Source: the human T2T-CHM13v2.0 reference genome, Homo sapiens. Taken from it: a DNA stretch of 64,000 bases. The notes below the pieces were generated by a model. That model ran no database searches. It was not told the DNA's origin and worked only from the letters and a program-made list of their open reading frames with translations. Position 1 is the first letter of the stretch; every line of letters begins with the position of its first letter. The translations under genes were made by a program, and so were the position numbers. Below are positions 12,171 through 27,300 of this stretch, piece after piece. Location: assembly GCF_009914755.1 (NCBI RefSeq), contig NC_060934.1; one strand, given 5' to 3'.

Positions 12171-15100
12171 TGGTGAAACACTCTTTTTGTGGAATTTGCT
12201 AGTGTAGATTTCAAACGCTTCGAAGACAGTGATAGAAAAGGATATATCTTCGTATTAAAAGTAGACAAAATCATTCTCAGAAAACTCTTTGTGATGTGTG
12301 TGTTCAACTCACAGAGTTTAACCTTTCTTTAATCGAGCAGTTTGGAAATACACTCTTTGTAAGTCTGCAGGTGGATATTTGGCCCTCTTTGAGCCCTTCG
12401 TTGGAAACGGGATTTCCTCATATAATGCTAGACAGAAGAATTCTCAGTAACTTCTTTGTGTTGTTTGTATTCAACACACAGATTTGAACCTTCCTTTAGA
12501 GAGAGCAGATTTGAAACACTCTGTTTTTGGAATTTGCAAGTGCAGATTTCAAGCGCTTCTAGGCCTATGGCAGAAAAGGAAATATCTTCGTATAAAAACT
12601 ACACAGAATCATTCTCAACAACTACTTTGTGATGTGTGCGTTCAACTCACAGAGTTTAACCTTTCTTTTCATAGAGCAGTTTGGAAACACTCTGTTTGTA
12701 AAGCCTGCAAGTGCTTTTTTGGACTTCATTGAGGCCTTCGTTGGAAACGGGATTTCTTCATATAATGCTAGACAGAAGAATTCTCAGTCACTTCTTTGTG
12801 TTGTGTGTATTCAAGTCACAGAGTTGAACCTTCCTTTAGACAGAGCAGTTTTGAAAAATTCTTTCTGTGGAGTTTGCAAGTGGAGATTTCAAGCGATTTG
12901 AGGCTAATCTTTGAAATGGAAATATCTTCGTGTAAAAACTACACAGAATCATTCTCAGAAACTGCTTTGTCATCTGTGCGTTCAGTTCACAGAGTTTCAC
13001 CTTTCTCTTCATAGAGCAGTTTGGAAAGACTCTGTCTGTAAAGTCTGCAAGTGATTAGTTAGACCCCTTTGAGGCCTTCGTTGGAAGCGGGATTTCTCAT
13101 TTACTGCTAGACAGAAGAATTCTCAGTAAATCCTTTGTGTTGTGTGTATTCAACTCACAGAGTGGAACCTTCCTTTATTCAGAGCAGTTTTGAAAAACAC
13201 TTTTTGTGGAATTTGCAAGTGGAGATTTCAAGCGATTTGACGCCAATCTTAGACATGGAAATATCTTCATATTAAAAGTACACAGAGTCATTCGTAGAAA
13301 CTAGTTTGTGATGTGTGCCTTCAACTCACAGAGTTTAACCTTTCTTTTCATAGAGCAGTTTGGAAACACTCTATTTGTAAAGTCTGCAAGTGGATATTTG
13401 GACCTCTTTGAGGCCTTCGTTGGAAACGGGATTTCTTCATACAACGCTAGACAGAAGAATTCTCAGTAACTTCTTTGTGTTGTGTGTATTCAACTCACAG
13501 AGTTGAACCTTTCTTTAGAGAGAGCAGAGTTGAAACACTCTGTTTTTGGAATTTGCAATTGCAGATTTCAAGCGATTCTAGGCCTATGGCAGAAAAGGAA
13601 ATATCTTCGTACAAAAACTACACAGAATCATTCTCAACAACTACTTTGTGATGTGTGCGTTCAACTCACAGAGTTTAACCTTTCTTTTCATAGAGCAGTT
13701 TGGAAACACTCTGTTTGTAAAGCCTGCAAGTGCTTTTTTGGACTTCATTGAGGCCTTCGTTGGAAACGGGATTTCTTCATGTAATGCTAGACAGAAGAAT
13801 TCTCAGTCACTTCTTTGTGTTGTGTGTATTCAAGTCACAGAGTTGAACCTTCCTTTAGACAGAGCAGTTTTGAAAAATTCTTTCTGTGTAATTTGCAAGT
13901 GGAGATTTCAAGCGATTTGAGGCTAATCTTTGAAATGGAAATATCTTCGTGTAAAAACTACACAGAATCATTCTCAGAAACTGCTTTGTCATCTGTGCGT
14001 TCAGATCACAGAGTTTCACCTTTCTCTTCATAGAGCAGTTTGGAAAGACTCTGTCTGTAAAGTCTGCAAGTGATTAGTTAGACCCCTTTGAGGCCTTCGT
14101 TGGAAGCGGGATTTCTCATTTACTGCTAGACAGAAGAATTCTCAGTAAATCCTTTGTGTTGTGTGTATTCAACTCACAGAGTGGAACCCTCCTTTATTCA
14201 GAGCAGTTTTGAAAAACACTTTTTGTGGAATTTGCAAGTGGAGATTTCAAGCGATTTGACGCCAATCTTAGACATGGAAATATCTTCATATTAAAAGTAC
14301 ACAGAGTCATTCGTAGAAACTAGTTTGTGATGTGTGCCTTCAACTCACAGAGTTTAACCTTTCTTTTCATAGACCAGTTTGGAAACACTCTATTTGTAAA
14401 GTCTGCAAGTGGATATTTGGACCTCTTTGAGGCCTTCGTTGGAAACGGGATTTCTTCATACAACGCTAGACAGAAGAATTCTCAGTAACTTCTTTGTGTT
14501 GTGTGTATTCAACTCACAGAGTTGAACCTTTCTTTAGAGAGAGCAGAGTTGAAACACTCTGTTTTTGGAATTTGCAACTGCAGATTTCAAGCGATTCTAG
14601 GCCTATGGCAGAAAAGGAAATATCTTCGTATAAAAACTACACAGAATCATTCTCAACAACTACTTTGTGATGTGTGCGTTCAACTCACAGAGTTTAACCT
14701 TTCTTTTCATAGAGCAGTTTGGAAACACTCTGTTTGTAAAGCCTGCAAGTGCTTTTTTGGACTTCATTGAGGCCTTCGTTGGAAACGGGATTTTTTCATA
14801 TAATGCTAGACAGAAGAATTCTCAGTCACTTCTTTGTGTTGTGTGTATTCAAGTCACAGAGTTGAACCTTCCTTTAGACAGAGCAGTTTTGAAAAATTCT
14901 TTCTGTGGAGTTTGCAAGTGGAGATTTCAAGTGATTTGAGGCTAATCTTTGAAATGGAAATATCTTCGTGTAAAAACTACACAGAATCATTCTCAGAAAC
15001 TGCTTTGTCATCTGTGCGTTCAGTTCACAGAGTTTCACCTTTCTCTTCATAGAGCAGTTTGGAAAGACTCTGTCTGTAAAGTCTGCAAGTGATTAGTTAG

Positions 15101-18100
15101 ACCCCTTTGAGGCCTTCGTTGGAAGCGGGATTTCTCATTTACTGCTAGACAGAAGAATTCTCAGTAAATCCTTTGTGTTGTGTGTATTCAACTCACAGAG
15201 TGGAACCTTCCTTTATTCAGAGCAGTTTTGAAACACTCTTTTTGTGGAATTTGCAAGTGGAGATTTCAAGCGATTTGACGCCAATCTTAGACATGGAAAT
15301 ATCTTCATATTAAAAGTACACAGAGTCATTCGTAGAAACTAGTTTGTGATGTGTGCCTTCAACTCACAGAGTTTAACCTTTCTTTTCATAGAGCAGTTGG
15401 GAAACACTCTATTTGTAAAGTCTGCAAGTGGATATTTGGACCTCTTTGAGGCCTTCGTTGGAAACGGGATTTCTTCATATAACGCTAGACAGAAGAATTC
15501 TCAGTAACTTCTTTGTGTTGTGTGTATTCAACTCACAGAGTTGAACCTTTCTTTAGAGGGAGCAGTGGTGAAACACTCTTTTTGTGGAATTTGCTAGTGT
15601 AGATTTCAAACGCTTCGAAGACAGTGATAGAAAAGGATATATCTTCGTATTAAAAGTAGACAAAATCATTCTCAGAAAACTCTTTGTGATGTGTGTGTTC
15701 AACTCACAGAGTTTAACCTTTCTTTAATCGAGCAGTTTGGAAATACACTCTTTGTAAGTCTGCAGGTGGATATTTGGCCCTCTTTGAGCCCTTCGTTGGA
15801 AACGGGATTTCCTCATATAATGCTAGACAGAAGAATTCTCAGTAACTTCTTTGTGTTGTTTGTATTCAACACACAGATTTGAACCTTCCTTTAGAGAGAG
15901 CAGATTTGAAACACTCTGTTTTTGGAATTTGCAAGTGCAGATTTCAAGCGCTTCTAGGCCTATGGCAGAAAAGGAAATATCTTCGTATAAAAACTACACA
16001 GAATCATTCTCAACAACTACTTTGTGATGTGTGCGTTCAACTCACAGAGTTTAACCTTTCTTTTCATAGAGCAGTTTGGAAACACTCTGTTTGTAAAGCC
16101 TGCAAGTGCTTTTTTGGACTTCATTGAGGCCTTCGTTGGAAACGGGATTTCTTCATATAATGCTAGACAGAAGAATTCTCAGTCACTTCTTTGTGTTGTG
16201 TGTATTCAAGTCACAGAGTTGAACCTTCCTTTAGACAGAGCAGTTTTGAAAAATTCTTTCTGTGGAGTTTGCAAGTGGAGATTTCAAGCGATTTGAGGCT
16301 AATCTTTGAAATGGAAATATCTTCGTGTAAAAACTACACAGAATCATTCTCAGAAACTGCTTTGTCATCTGTGCGTTCAGTTCACAGAGTTTCACCTTTC
16401 TCTTCATAGAGCAGTTTGGAAAGACTCTGTCTGTAAAGTCTGCAAGTGATTAGTTAGACCCCTTTGAGGCCTTCGTTGGAAGCGGGATTTCTCATTTACT
16501 GCTAGACAGAAGAATTCTCAGTAAATCCTTTGTGTTGTGTGTATTCAACTCACAGAGTGGAACCTTCCTTTATTCAGAGCAGTTTTGAAAAACACTTTTT
16601 GTGGAATTTGCAAGTGGAGATTTCAAGCGATTTGACGCCAATCTTAGACATGGAAATATCTTCATATTAAAAGTACACAGAGTCATTCGTAGAAACTAGT
16701 TTGTGATGTGTGCCTTCAACTCACAGAGTTTAACCTTTCTTTTCATAGAGCAGTTTGGAAACACTCTATTTGTAAAGTCTGCAAGTGGATATTTGGACCC
16801 CTTTGAGGCCTTCGTTGGAAACGGGATTTCTTCATACAACGCTAGACAGAAGAATTCTCAGTAACTTCTTTGTGTTGTGTGTATTCAACTCACAGAGTTG
16901 AACCTTTCTTTAGAGAGAGCAGAGTTGAAACACTCTGTTTTTGGAATTTGCAACTGCAGATTTCAAGCGATTCTAGGCCTATGGCAGAAAAGGAAATATC
17001 TTCGTATAAAAACTACACAGAATCATTCTCAACAACTACTTTGTGATGTGTGCGTTCAACTCACAGAGTTTAACCTTTCTTTTCATAGAGCAGTTTGGAA
17101 ACACTCTGTTTGTAAAGCCTGCAAGTGCTTTTTTGGACTTCATTGAGGCCTTCGTTGGAAACGGGATTTCTTCATGTAATGCTAGACAGAAGAATTCTCA
17201 GTCACTTCTTTGTGTTGTGTGTATTCAAGTCACAGAGTTGAACCTTCCTTTAGACAGAGCAGTTTTGAAAAATTCTTTCTGTGTAATTTGCAAGTGGAGA
17301 TTTCAAGCGATTTGAGGCTAATCTTTGAAATGGAAATATCTTCGTGTAAAAACTACACAGAATCATTCTCAGAAACTGCTTTGTCATCTGTGCGTTCAGA
17401 TCACAGAGTTTCACCTTTCTCTTCATAGAGCAGTTTGGAAAGACTCTGTCTGTAAAGTCTGCAAGTGATTAGTTAGACCCCTTTGAGGCCTTCGTTGGAA
17501 GCGGGATTTCTCATTTACTGCTAGACAGAAGAATTCTCAGTAAATCCTTTGTGTTGTGTGTATTCAACTCACAGAGTGGAACCTTCCTTTATTCAGAGCA
17601 GTTTTGAAAAACACTTTTTGTGGAATTTGCAAGTGGAGATTTCAAGCGATTTGACGCCAATCTTAGACATGGAAATATCTTCATATTAAAAGTACACAGA
17701 GTCATTCGTAGAAACTAGTTTGTGATGTGTGCCTTCAACTCACAGAGTTTAACCTTTCTTTTCATAGACCAGTTTGGAAACACTCTATTTGTAAAGTCTG
17801 CAAGTGGATATTTGGACCTCTTTGAGGCCTTCGTTGGAAACGGGATTTCTTCATACAACGCTAGACAGAAGAATTCTCAGTAACTTCTTTGTGTTGTGTG
17901 TATTCAACTCACAGAGTTGAACCTTTCTTTAGAGAGAGCAGAGTTGAAACACTCTGTTTTTGGAATTTGCAACTGCAGATTTCAAGCGATTCTAGGCCTA
18001 TGGCAGAAAAGGAAATATCTTCGTATAAAAACTACACAGAATCATTCTCAACAACTACTTTGTGATGTGTGCGTTCAACTCACAGAGTTTAACCTTTCTT

Positions 18101-18327
18101 TTCATAGAGCAGTTTGGAAACACTCTGTTTGTAAAGCCTGCAAGTGCTTTTTTGGACTTCATTGAGGCCTTCGTTGGAAACGGGATTTCTTCATATAATG
18201 CTAGACAGAAGAATTCTCAGTCACTTCTTTGTGTTGTGTGTATTCAAGTCACAGAGTTGAACCTTCCTTTAGACAGAGCAGTTTTGAAAAATTCTTTCTG
18301 TGGAGTTTGCAAGTGGAGATTTCAAGT
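12171..18327 (+). repeat. Tandem duplication of an 8+6+6 unit (3395 bp, 20-mer)
   Basis: SNV pairs exactly 3395 bp apart: 12171/15566, 14005/17400, 14374/17769, 14932/18327. Confidence 0.88.
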
Positions 18328-21300
18328 GATTTGAGGCTAATCTTTGAAATGGAAATATCTTCGTGTAAAAACTACACAGAATCATTCTCAGAAACTGCTT
18401 TGTCATCTGTGCGTTCAGTTCACAGAGTTTCACCTTTCTCTTCATAGAGCAGTTTGGAAAGACTCTGTCTGTAAAGTCTGCAAGTGATTAGTTAGACCCC
18501 TTTGAGGCCTTCGTTGGAAGCGGGATTTCTCATTTACTGCTAGACAGAAGAATTCTCAGTAAATCCTTTGTGTTGTGTGTATTCAACTCACAGAGTGGAA
18601 CCTTCCTTTATTCAGAGCAGTTTTGAAAAACACTTTTTGTGGAATTTGCAAGTGGAGATTTCAAGCGATTTGACGCCAATCTTAGACATGGAAATATCTT
18701 CATATTAAAAGTACACAGAGTCATTCGTAGAAACTAGTTTGTGATGTGTGCCTTCAACTCACAGAGTTTAACCTCTCTTTTCATAGAGCAGTTTGGAAAC
18801 ACTCTATTTGTAAAGTCTGCAAGTGGATATTTGGACCTCTTTGAGGCCTTCGTTGGAAACGGGATTTCTTCATACAACGCTAGACAGAAGAATTCTCAGT
18901 AACTTCTTTGTGTTGTGTGTATTCAACTCACAGAGTTGAACCTTTCTTTAGAGAGAGCAGAGTTGAAACACTCTGTTTTTGGAATTTGCAACTGCAGATT
19001 TCAAGCGCTTCTAGGCCTATGGCAGAAAAGGAAATATCTTCGTATAAAAACTACACAGAATCATTCTCAACAACTACTTTGTGATGTGTGCGTTCAACTC
19101 ACAGAGTTTAACCTTTCTTTTCATAGAGCAGTTTGGAAACACTCTGTTTGTAAAGCCTGCAAGTGCTTTTTTGGACTTCATTGAGGCCTTCGTTGGAAAC
19201 GGGATTTCTTCATGTAATGCTAGACAGAAGAATTCTCAGTCACTTCTTTGTGTTGTGTGTATTCAAGTCACAGAGTTGAACCTTCCTTTAGACAGAGCAG
19301 TTTTGAAAAATTCTTTCTGTGGAGTTTGCAAGTGGAGATTTCAAGCGATTTGAGGCTAATCTTTGAAATGGAAATATCTTCGTGTAAAAACTACACAGAA
19401 TCATTCTCAGAAACTGCTTTGTCATCTGTGCGTTCAGTTCACAGAGTTTCACCTTTCTCTTCATAGAGCAGTTTGGAAAGACTCTGTCTGTAAAGTCTGC
19501 AAGTGATTAGTTAGACCCCTTTGAGGCCTTCGTTGGAAGCGGGATTTCTCATTTACTGCTAGACAGAAGAATTCTCAGTAAATCCTTTGTGTTGTGTGTA
19601 TTCAACTCACAGAGTGGAACCTTCCTTTATTCAGAGCAGTTTTGAAACACTCTTTTTGTGGAATTTGCAAGTGGAGATTTCAAGCGATTTGACGCCAATC
19701 TTAGACATGGAAATATCTTCATATTAAAAGTACACAGAGTCATTCGTAGAAACTAGTTTGTGATGTGTGCCTTCAACTCACAGAGTTTAACCTTTCTTTT
19801 CATAGAGCAGTTGGGAAACACTCTATTTGTAAAGTCTGCAAGTGGATATTTGGACCTCTTTGAGGCCTTCGTTGGAAACGGGATTTCTTCATATAACGCT
19901 AGACAGAAGAATTCTCAGTAACTTCTTTGTGTTGTGTGTATTCAACTCACAGAGTTGAACCTTTCTTTAGAGGGAGCAGAGGTGAAACACTCTTTTTGTG
20001 GAATTTGCTAGTGTAGATTTCAAACGCTTCGAAGACAGTGATAGAAAAGGATATATCTTCGTATTAAAAGTAGACAAAATCATTCTCAGAAAACTCTTTG
20101 TGATGTGTGTGTTCAACTCACAGAGTTTAACCTTTCTTTAATCGAGCAGTTTGGAAATACACTCTTTGTAAGTCTGCAGGTGGATATTTGGCCCTCTTTG
20201 AGCCCTTCGTTGGAAACGGGATTTCCTCATATAATGCTAGACAGAAGAATTCTCAGTAACTTCTTTGTGTTGTTTGTATTCAACACACAGATTTGAACCT
20301 TCCTTTAGAGAGAGCAGATTTGAAACACTCTGTTTTTGGAATTTGCAAGTGCAGATTTCAAGCGCTTCTAGGCCTATGGCAGAAAAGGAAATATCTTCGT
20401 ATAAAAACTACACAGAATCATTCTCAACAACTACTTTGTGATGTGTGCGTTCAACTCACAGAGTTTAACCTTTCTTTTCATAGAGCAGTTTGGAAACACT
20501 CTGTTTGTAAAGCCTGCAAGTGCTTTTTTGGACTTCATTGAGGCCTTCGTTGGAAACGGGATTTCTTCATATAATGCTAGACAGAAGAATTCTCAGTCAC
20601 TTCTTTGTGTTGTGTGTATTCAAGTCACAGAGTTGAACCTTCCTTTAGACAGAGCAGTTTTGAAAAATTCTTTCTGTGGAGTTTGCAAGTGGAGATTTCA
20701 AGCGATTTGAGGCTAATCTTTGAAATGGAAATATCTTCGTGTAAAAACTACACAGAATCATTCTCAGAAACTGCTTTGTCATCTGTGCGTTCAGTTCACA
20801 GAGTTTCACCTTTCTCTTCATAGAGCAGTTTGGAAAGACTCTGTCTGTAAAGTCTGCAAGTGATTAGTTAGACCCCTTTGAGGCCTTCGTTGGAAGCGGG
20901 ATTTCTCATTTACTGCTAGACAGAAGAATTCTCAGTAAATCCTTTGTGTTGTGTGTATTCAACTCACAGAGTGGAACCTTCCTTTATTCAGAGCAGTTTT
21001 GAAACACTCTTTTTGTGGAATTTGCAAGTGGAGATTTCAAGCGATTTGACGCCAATCTTAGACATGGAAATATCTTCATATTAAAAGTACACAGAGTCAT
21101 TCGTAGAAACTAGTTTGTGATGTGTGCCTTCAACTCACAGAGTTTAACCTTTCTTTTCATAGAGCAGTTGGGAAACACTCTATTTGTAAAGTCTGCAAGT
21201 GGATATTTGGACCTCTTTGAGGCCTTCGTTGGAAACGGGATTTCTTCATATAACGCTAGACAGAAGAATTCTCAGTAACTTCTTTGTGTTGTGTGTATTC

Positions 21301-24300
21301 AACTCACAGAGTTGAACCTTTCTTTAGAGGGAGCAGAGGTGAAACACTCTTTTTGTGGAATTTGCTAGTGTAGATTTCAAACGCTTCGAAGACAGTGATA
21401 GAAAAGGATATATCTTCGTATTAAAAGTAGACAAAATCATTCTCAGAAAACTCTTTGTGATGTGTGTGTTCAACTCACAGAGTTTAACCTTTCTTTAATC
21501 GAGCAGTTTGGAAATACACTCTTTGTAAGTCTGCAGGTGGATATTTGGCCCTCTTTGAGCCCTTCGTTGGAAACGGGATTTCCTCATATAATGCTAGACA
21601 GAAGAATTCTCAGTAACTTCTTTGTGTTGTTTGTATTCAACACACAGATTTGAACCTTCCTTTAGAGAGAGCAGATTTGAAACACTCTGTTTTTGGAATT
21701 TGCAAGTGCAGATTTCAAGCGCTTCTAGGCCTATGGCAGAAAAGGAAATATCTTCGTATAAAAACTACACAGAATCATTCTCAACAACTACTTTGTGATG
21801 TGTGCGTTCAACTCACAGAGTTTAACCTTTCTTTTCATAGAGCAGTTTGGAAACACTCTGTTTGTAAAGCCTGCAAGTGCTTTTTTGGACTTCATTGAGG
21901 CCTTCGTTGGAAACGGGATTTCTTCATATAATGCTAGACAGAAGAATTCTCAGTCACTTCTTTGTGTTGTGTGTATTCAAGTCACAGAGTTGAACCTTCC
22001 TTTAGACAGAGCAGTTTTGAAAAATTCTTTCTGTGGAGTTTGCAAGTGGAGATTTCAAGCGATTTGAGGCTAATCTTTGAAATGGAAATATCTTCGTGTA
22101 AAAACTACACAGAATCATTCTCAGAAACTGCTTTGTCATCTGTGCGTTCAGTTCACAGAGTTTCACCTTTCTCTTCATAGAGCAGTTTGGAAAGACTCTG
22201 TCTGTAAAGTCTGCAAGTGATTAGTTAGACCCCTTTGAGGCCTTCGTTGGAAGCGGGATTTCTCATTTACTGCTAGACAGAAGAATTCTCAGTAAATCCT
22301 TTGTGTTGTGTGTATTCAACTCACAGAGTGGAACCTTCCTTTATTCAGAGCAGTTTTGAAACACTCTTTTTGTGGAATTTGCAAGTGGAGATTTCAAGCG
22401 ATTTGACGCCAATCTTAGACATGGAAATATCTTCATATTAAAAGTACACAGAGTCATTCGTAGAAACTAGTTTGTGATGTGTGCCTTCAACTCACAGAGT
22501 TTAACCTTTCTTTTCATAGAGCAGTTGGGAAACACTCTATTTGTAAAGTCTGCAAGTGGATATTTGGACCTCTTTGAGGCCTTCGTTGGAAACGGGATTT
22601 CTTCATATAACGCTAGACAGAAGAATTCTCAGTAACTTCTTTGTGTTGTGTGTATTCAACTCACAGAGTTGAACCTTTCTTTAGAGGGAGCAGAGGTGAA
22701 ACACTCTTTTTGTGGAATTTGCTAGTGTAGATTTCAAACGCTTCGAAGACAGTGATAGAAAAGGATATATCTTCGTATTAAAAGTAGACAAAATCATTCT
22801 CAGAAAACTCTTTGTGATGTGTGTGTTCAACTCACAGAGTTTAACCTTTCTTTAATCGAGCAGTTTGGAAATACACTCTTTGTAAGTCTGCAGGTGGATA
22901 TTTGGCCCTCTTTGAGCCCTTCGTTGGAAACGGGATTTCCTCATATAATGCTAGACAGAAGAATTCTCAGTAACTTCTTTGTGTTGTTTGTATTCAACAC
23001 ACAGATTTGAACCTTCCTTTAGAGAGAGCAGATTTGAAACACTCTGTTTTTGGAATTTGCAAGTGCAGATTTCAAGCGCTTCTAGGCCTATGGCAGAAAA
23101 GGAAATATCTTCGTATAAAAACTACACAGAATCATTCTCAACAACTACTTTGTGATGTGTGCGTTCAACTCACAGAGTTTAACCTTTCTTTTCATAGAGC
23201 AGTTTGGAAACACTCTGTTTGTAAAGCCTGCAAGTGGTTTTTTGGACTTCATTGAGGCCTTCGTTGGAAACGGGATTTCTTCATATAATGCTAGACAGAA
23301 GAATTCTCAGTCACTTCTTTGTGTTGTGTGTATTCAAGTCACAGAGTTGAACCTTCCTTTAGACAGAGCAGTTTTGAAAAATTCTTTCTGTGGAGTTTGC
23401 AAGTGGAGATTTCAAGCGATTTGAGGCTAATCTTTGAAATGGAAATATCTTCGTGTAAAAACTACACAGAATCATTCTCAGAAACTGCTTTGTCATCTGT
23501 GCGTTCAGTTCACAGAGTTTCACCTTTCTCTTCATAGAGCAGTTTGGAAAGACTCTGTCTGTAAAGTCTGCAAGTGATTAGTTAGACCCCTTTGAGGCCT
23601 TCGTTGGAAGCGGGATTTCTCATTTACTGCTAGACAGAAGAATTCTCAGTAAATCCTTTGTGTTGTGTGTATTCAACTCACAGAGTGGAACCTTCCTTTA
23701 TTCAGAGCAGTTTTGAAACACTCTTTTTGTGGAATTTGCAAGTGGAGATTTCAAGCGATTTGACGCCAATCTTAGACATGGAAATATCTTCATATTAAAA
23801 GTACACAGAGTCATTCGTAGAAACTAGTTTGTGATGTGTGCCTTCAACTCACAGAGTTTAACCTTTCTTTTCATAGAGCAGTTGGGAAACACTCTACTTG
23901 TAAAGTCTGCAAGTGGATATTTGGACCTCTTTGAGGCCTTCGTTGGAAACGGGATTTCTTCATATAACGCTAGACAGAAGAATTCTCAGTAACTTCTTTG
24001 TGTTGTGTGTATTCAACTCACAGAGTTGAACCTTTCTTTAGAGGGAGCAGAGGTGAAACACTCTTTTTGTGGAATTTGCTAGTGTAGATTTCAAACGCTT
24101 CGAAGACAGTGATAGAAAAGGATATATCTTCGTATTAAAAGTAGACAAAATCATTCTCAGAAAACTCTTTGTGATGTGTGTGTTCAACTCACAGAGTTTA
24201 ACCTTTCTTTAATCGAGCAGTTTGGAAATACACTCTTTGTAAGTCTGCAGGTGGATATTTGGCCCTCTTTGAGCCCTTCGTTGGAAACGGGATTTCCTCA

Positions 24301-27300
24301 TATAATGCTAGACAGAAGAATTCTCAGTAACTTCTTTGTGTTGTTTGTATTCAACACACAGATTTGAACCTTCCTTTAGAGAGAGCAGATTTGAAACACT
24401 CTGTTTTTGGAATTTGCAAGTGCAGATTTCAAGCGCTTCTAGGCCTATGGCAGAAAAGGAAATATCTTCGTATAAAAACTACACAGAATCATTCTCAACA
24501 ACTACTTTGTGATGTGTGCGTTCAACTCACAGAGTTTAACCTTTCTTTTCATAGAGCAGTTTGGAAACACTCTGTTTGTAAAGCCTGCAAGTGCTTTTTT
24601 GGACTTCATTGAGGCCTTCGTTGGAAACGGGATTTCTTCATATAATGCTAGACAGAAGAATTCTCAGTCACTTCTTTGTGTTGTGTGTATTCAAGTCACA
24701 GAGTTGAACCTTCCTTTAGACAGAGCAGTTTTGAAAAATTCTTTCTGTGGAATTTGCAAGTGGAGATTTCAAGCGATTTGAGGCTAATCTTTGAAATGGA
24801 AATATCTTCGTGTAAAAACTACACAGAATCATTCTCAGAAACTGCTTTGTCATCTGTGCGTTCAGTTCACAGAGTTTCACCTTTCTCTTCATAGAGCAGT
24901 TTGGAAAGACTCTGTCTGTAAAGTCTGCAAGTGATTAGTTAGACCCCTTTGAGGCCTTCGTTGGAAGCGGGATTTCTCATTTACTGCTAGACAGAAGAAT
25001 TCTCAGTAAATCCTTTGTGTTGTGTGTATTCAACTCACAGAGTGGAACCTTCCTTTATTCAGAGCAGTTTTGAAAAACACTTTTTGTGGAATTTGCAAGT
25101 GGAGATTTCAAGCGATTTGACGCCAATCTTAGACATGGAAATATCTTCATATTAAAAGTACACAGAGTCATTCGTAGAAACTAGTTTGTGATGTGTGCCT
25201 TCAACTCACAGAGTTTAACCTTTCTTTTCATAGAGCAGTTTGGAAACACTCTATTTGTAAAGTCTGCAAGTGGATATTTGGACCTCTTTGAGGCCTTCGT
25301 TGGAAACGGGATTTCTTCATACAACGCTAGACAGAAGAATTCTCAGTAACTTCTTTGTGTTGTGTGTATTCAACTCACAGAGTTGAACCTTTCTTTAGAG
25401 AGAGCAGAGTTGAAACACTCTGTTTTTGGAATTTGCAACTGCAGATTTCAAGCGATTCTAGGCCTATGGCAGAAAAGGAAATATCTTCGTATAAAAACTA
25501 CACAGAATCATTCTCAACAACTACTTTGTGATGTGTGCGTTCAACTCACAGAGTTTAACCTTTCTTTTCATAGAGCAGTTTGGAAACACTCTGTTTGTAA
25601 AGCCTGCAAGTGCTTTTTTGGACTTCATTGAGGCCTTCGTTGGAAACGGGATTTCTTCATATAATGCTAGACAGAAGAATTCTCAGTCACTTCTTTGTGT
25701 TGTGTGTATTCAAGTCACAGAGTTGAACCTTCCTTTAGACAGAGCAGTTTTGAAAAATTCTTTCTGTGTAATTTGCAAGTGGAGATTTCAAGCGATTTGA
25801 GGCTAATCTTTGAAATGGAAATATCTTCGTGTAAAAACTACACAGAATCATTCTCAGAAACTGCTTTGTCATCTGTGCGTTCAGTTCACAGAGTTTCACC
25901 TTTCTCTTCATAGAGCAGTTTGGAAAGACTCTGTCTGTAAAGTCTGCAAGTGATTAGTTAGACCCCTTTGAGGCCTTCGTTGGAAGCGGGATTTCTCATT
26001 TACTGCTAGACAGAAGAATTCTCAGTAAATCCTTTGTGTTGTGTGTATTCAACTCACAGAGTGGAACCTTCCTTTATTCAGAGCAGTTTTGAAACACTCT
26101 TTTTGTGGAATTTGCAAGTGGAGATTTCAAGCGATTTGACGCCAATCTTAGACATGGAAATATCTTCATATTAAAAGTACACAGAGTCATTCGTAGAAAC
26201 TAGTTTGTGATGTGTGCCTTCAACTCACAGAGTTTAACCTTTCTTTTCATAGAGCAGTTGGGAAACACTCTATTTGTAAAGTCTGCAAGTGGATATTTGG
26301 ACCTCTTTGAGGCCTTCGTTGGAAACGGGATTTCTTCATATAACGCTAGACAGAAGAATTCTCAGTAACTTCTTTGTGTTGTGTGTATTCAACTCACAGA
26401 GTTGAACCTTTCTTTAGAGGGAGCAGAGGTGAAACACTCTTTTTGTGGAATTTGCTAGTGTAGATTTCAAACGCTTCGAAGACAGTGATAGAAAAGGATA
26501 TATCTTCGTATTAAAAGTAGACAAAATCATTCTCAGAAAACTCTTTGTGATGTGTGTGTTCAACTCACAGAGTTTAACCTTTCTTTAATCGAGCAGTTTG
26601 GAAATACACTCTTTGTAAGTCTGCAGGTGGATATTTGGCCCTCTTTGAGCCCTTCGTTGGAAACGGGATTTCCTCATATAATGCTAGACAGAAGAATTCT
26701 CAGTAACTTCTTTGTGTTGTTTGTATTCAACACACAGATTTGAACCTTCCTTTAGAGAGAGCAGATTTGAAACACTCTGTTTTTGGAATTTGCAAGTGCA
26801 GATTTCAAGCGCTTCTAGGCCTATGGCAGAAAAGGAAATATCTTCGTATAAAAACTACACAGAATCATTCTCAACAACTACTTTGTGATGTGTGCGTTCA
26901 ACTCACAGAGTTTAACCTTTCTTTTCATAGAGCAGTTTGGAAACACTCTGTTTGTAAAGCCTGCAAGTGCTTTTTTGGACTTCATTGAGGCCTTCGTTGG
27001 AAACGGGATTTCTTCATATAATGCTAGACAGAAGAATTCTCAGTCACTTCTTTGTGTTGTGTGTATTCAAGTCACAGAGTTGAACCTTCCTTTAGACAGA
27101 GCAGTTTTGAAAAATTCTTTCTGTGGAGTTTGCAAGTGGAGATTTCAAGCGATTTGAGGCTAATCTTTGAAATGGAAATATCTTCGTGTAAAAACTACAC
27201 AGAATCATTCTCAGAAACTGCTTTGTCATCTGTGCGTTCAGTTCACAGAGTTTCACCTTTCTCTTCATAGAGCAGTTTGGAAAGACTCTGTCTGTAAAGT

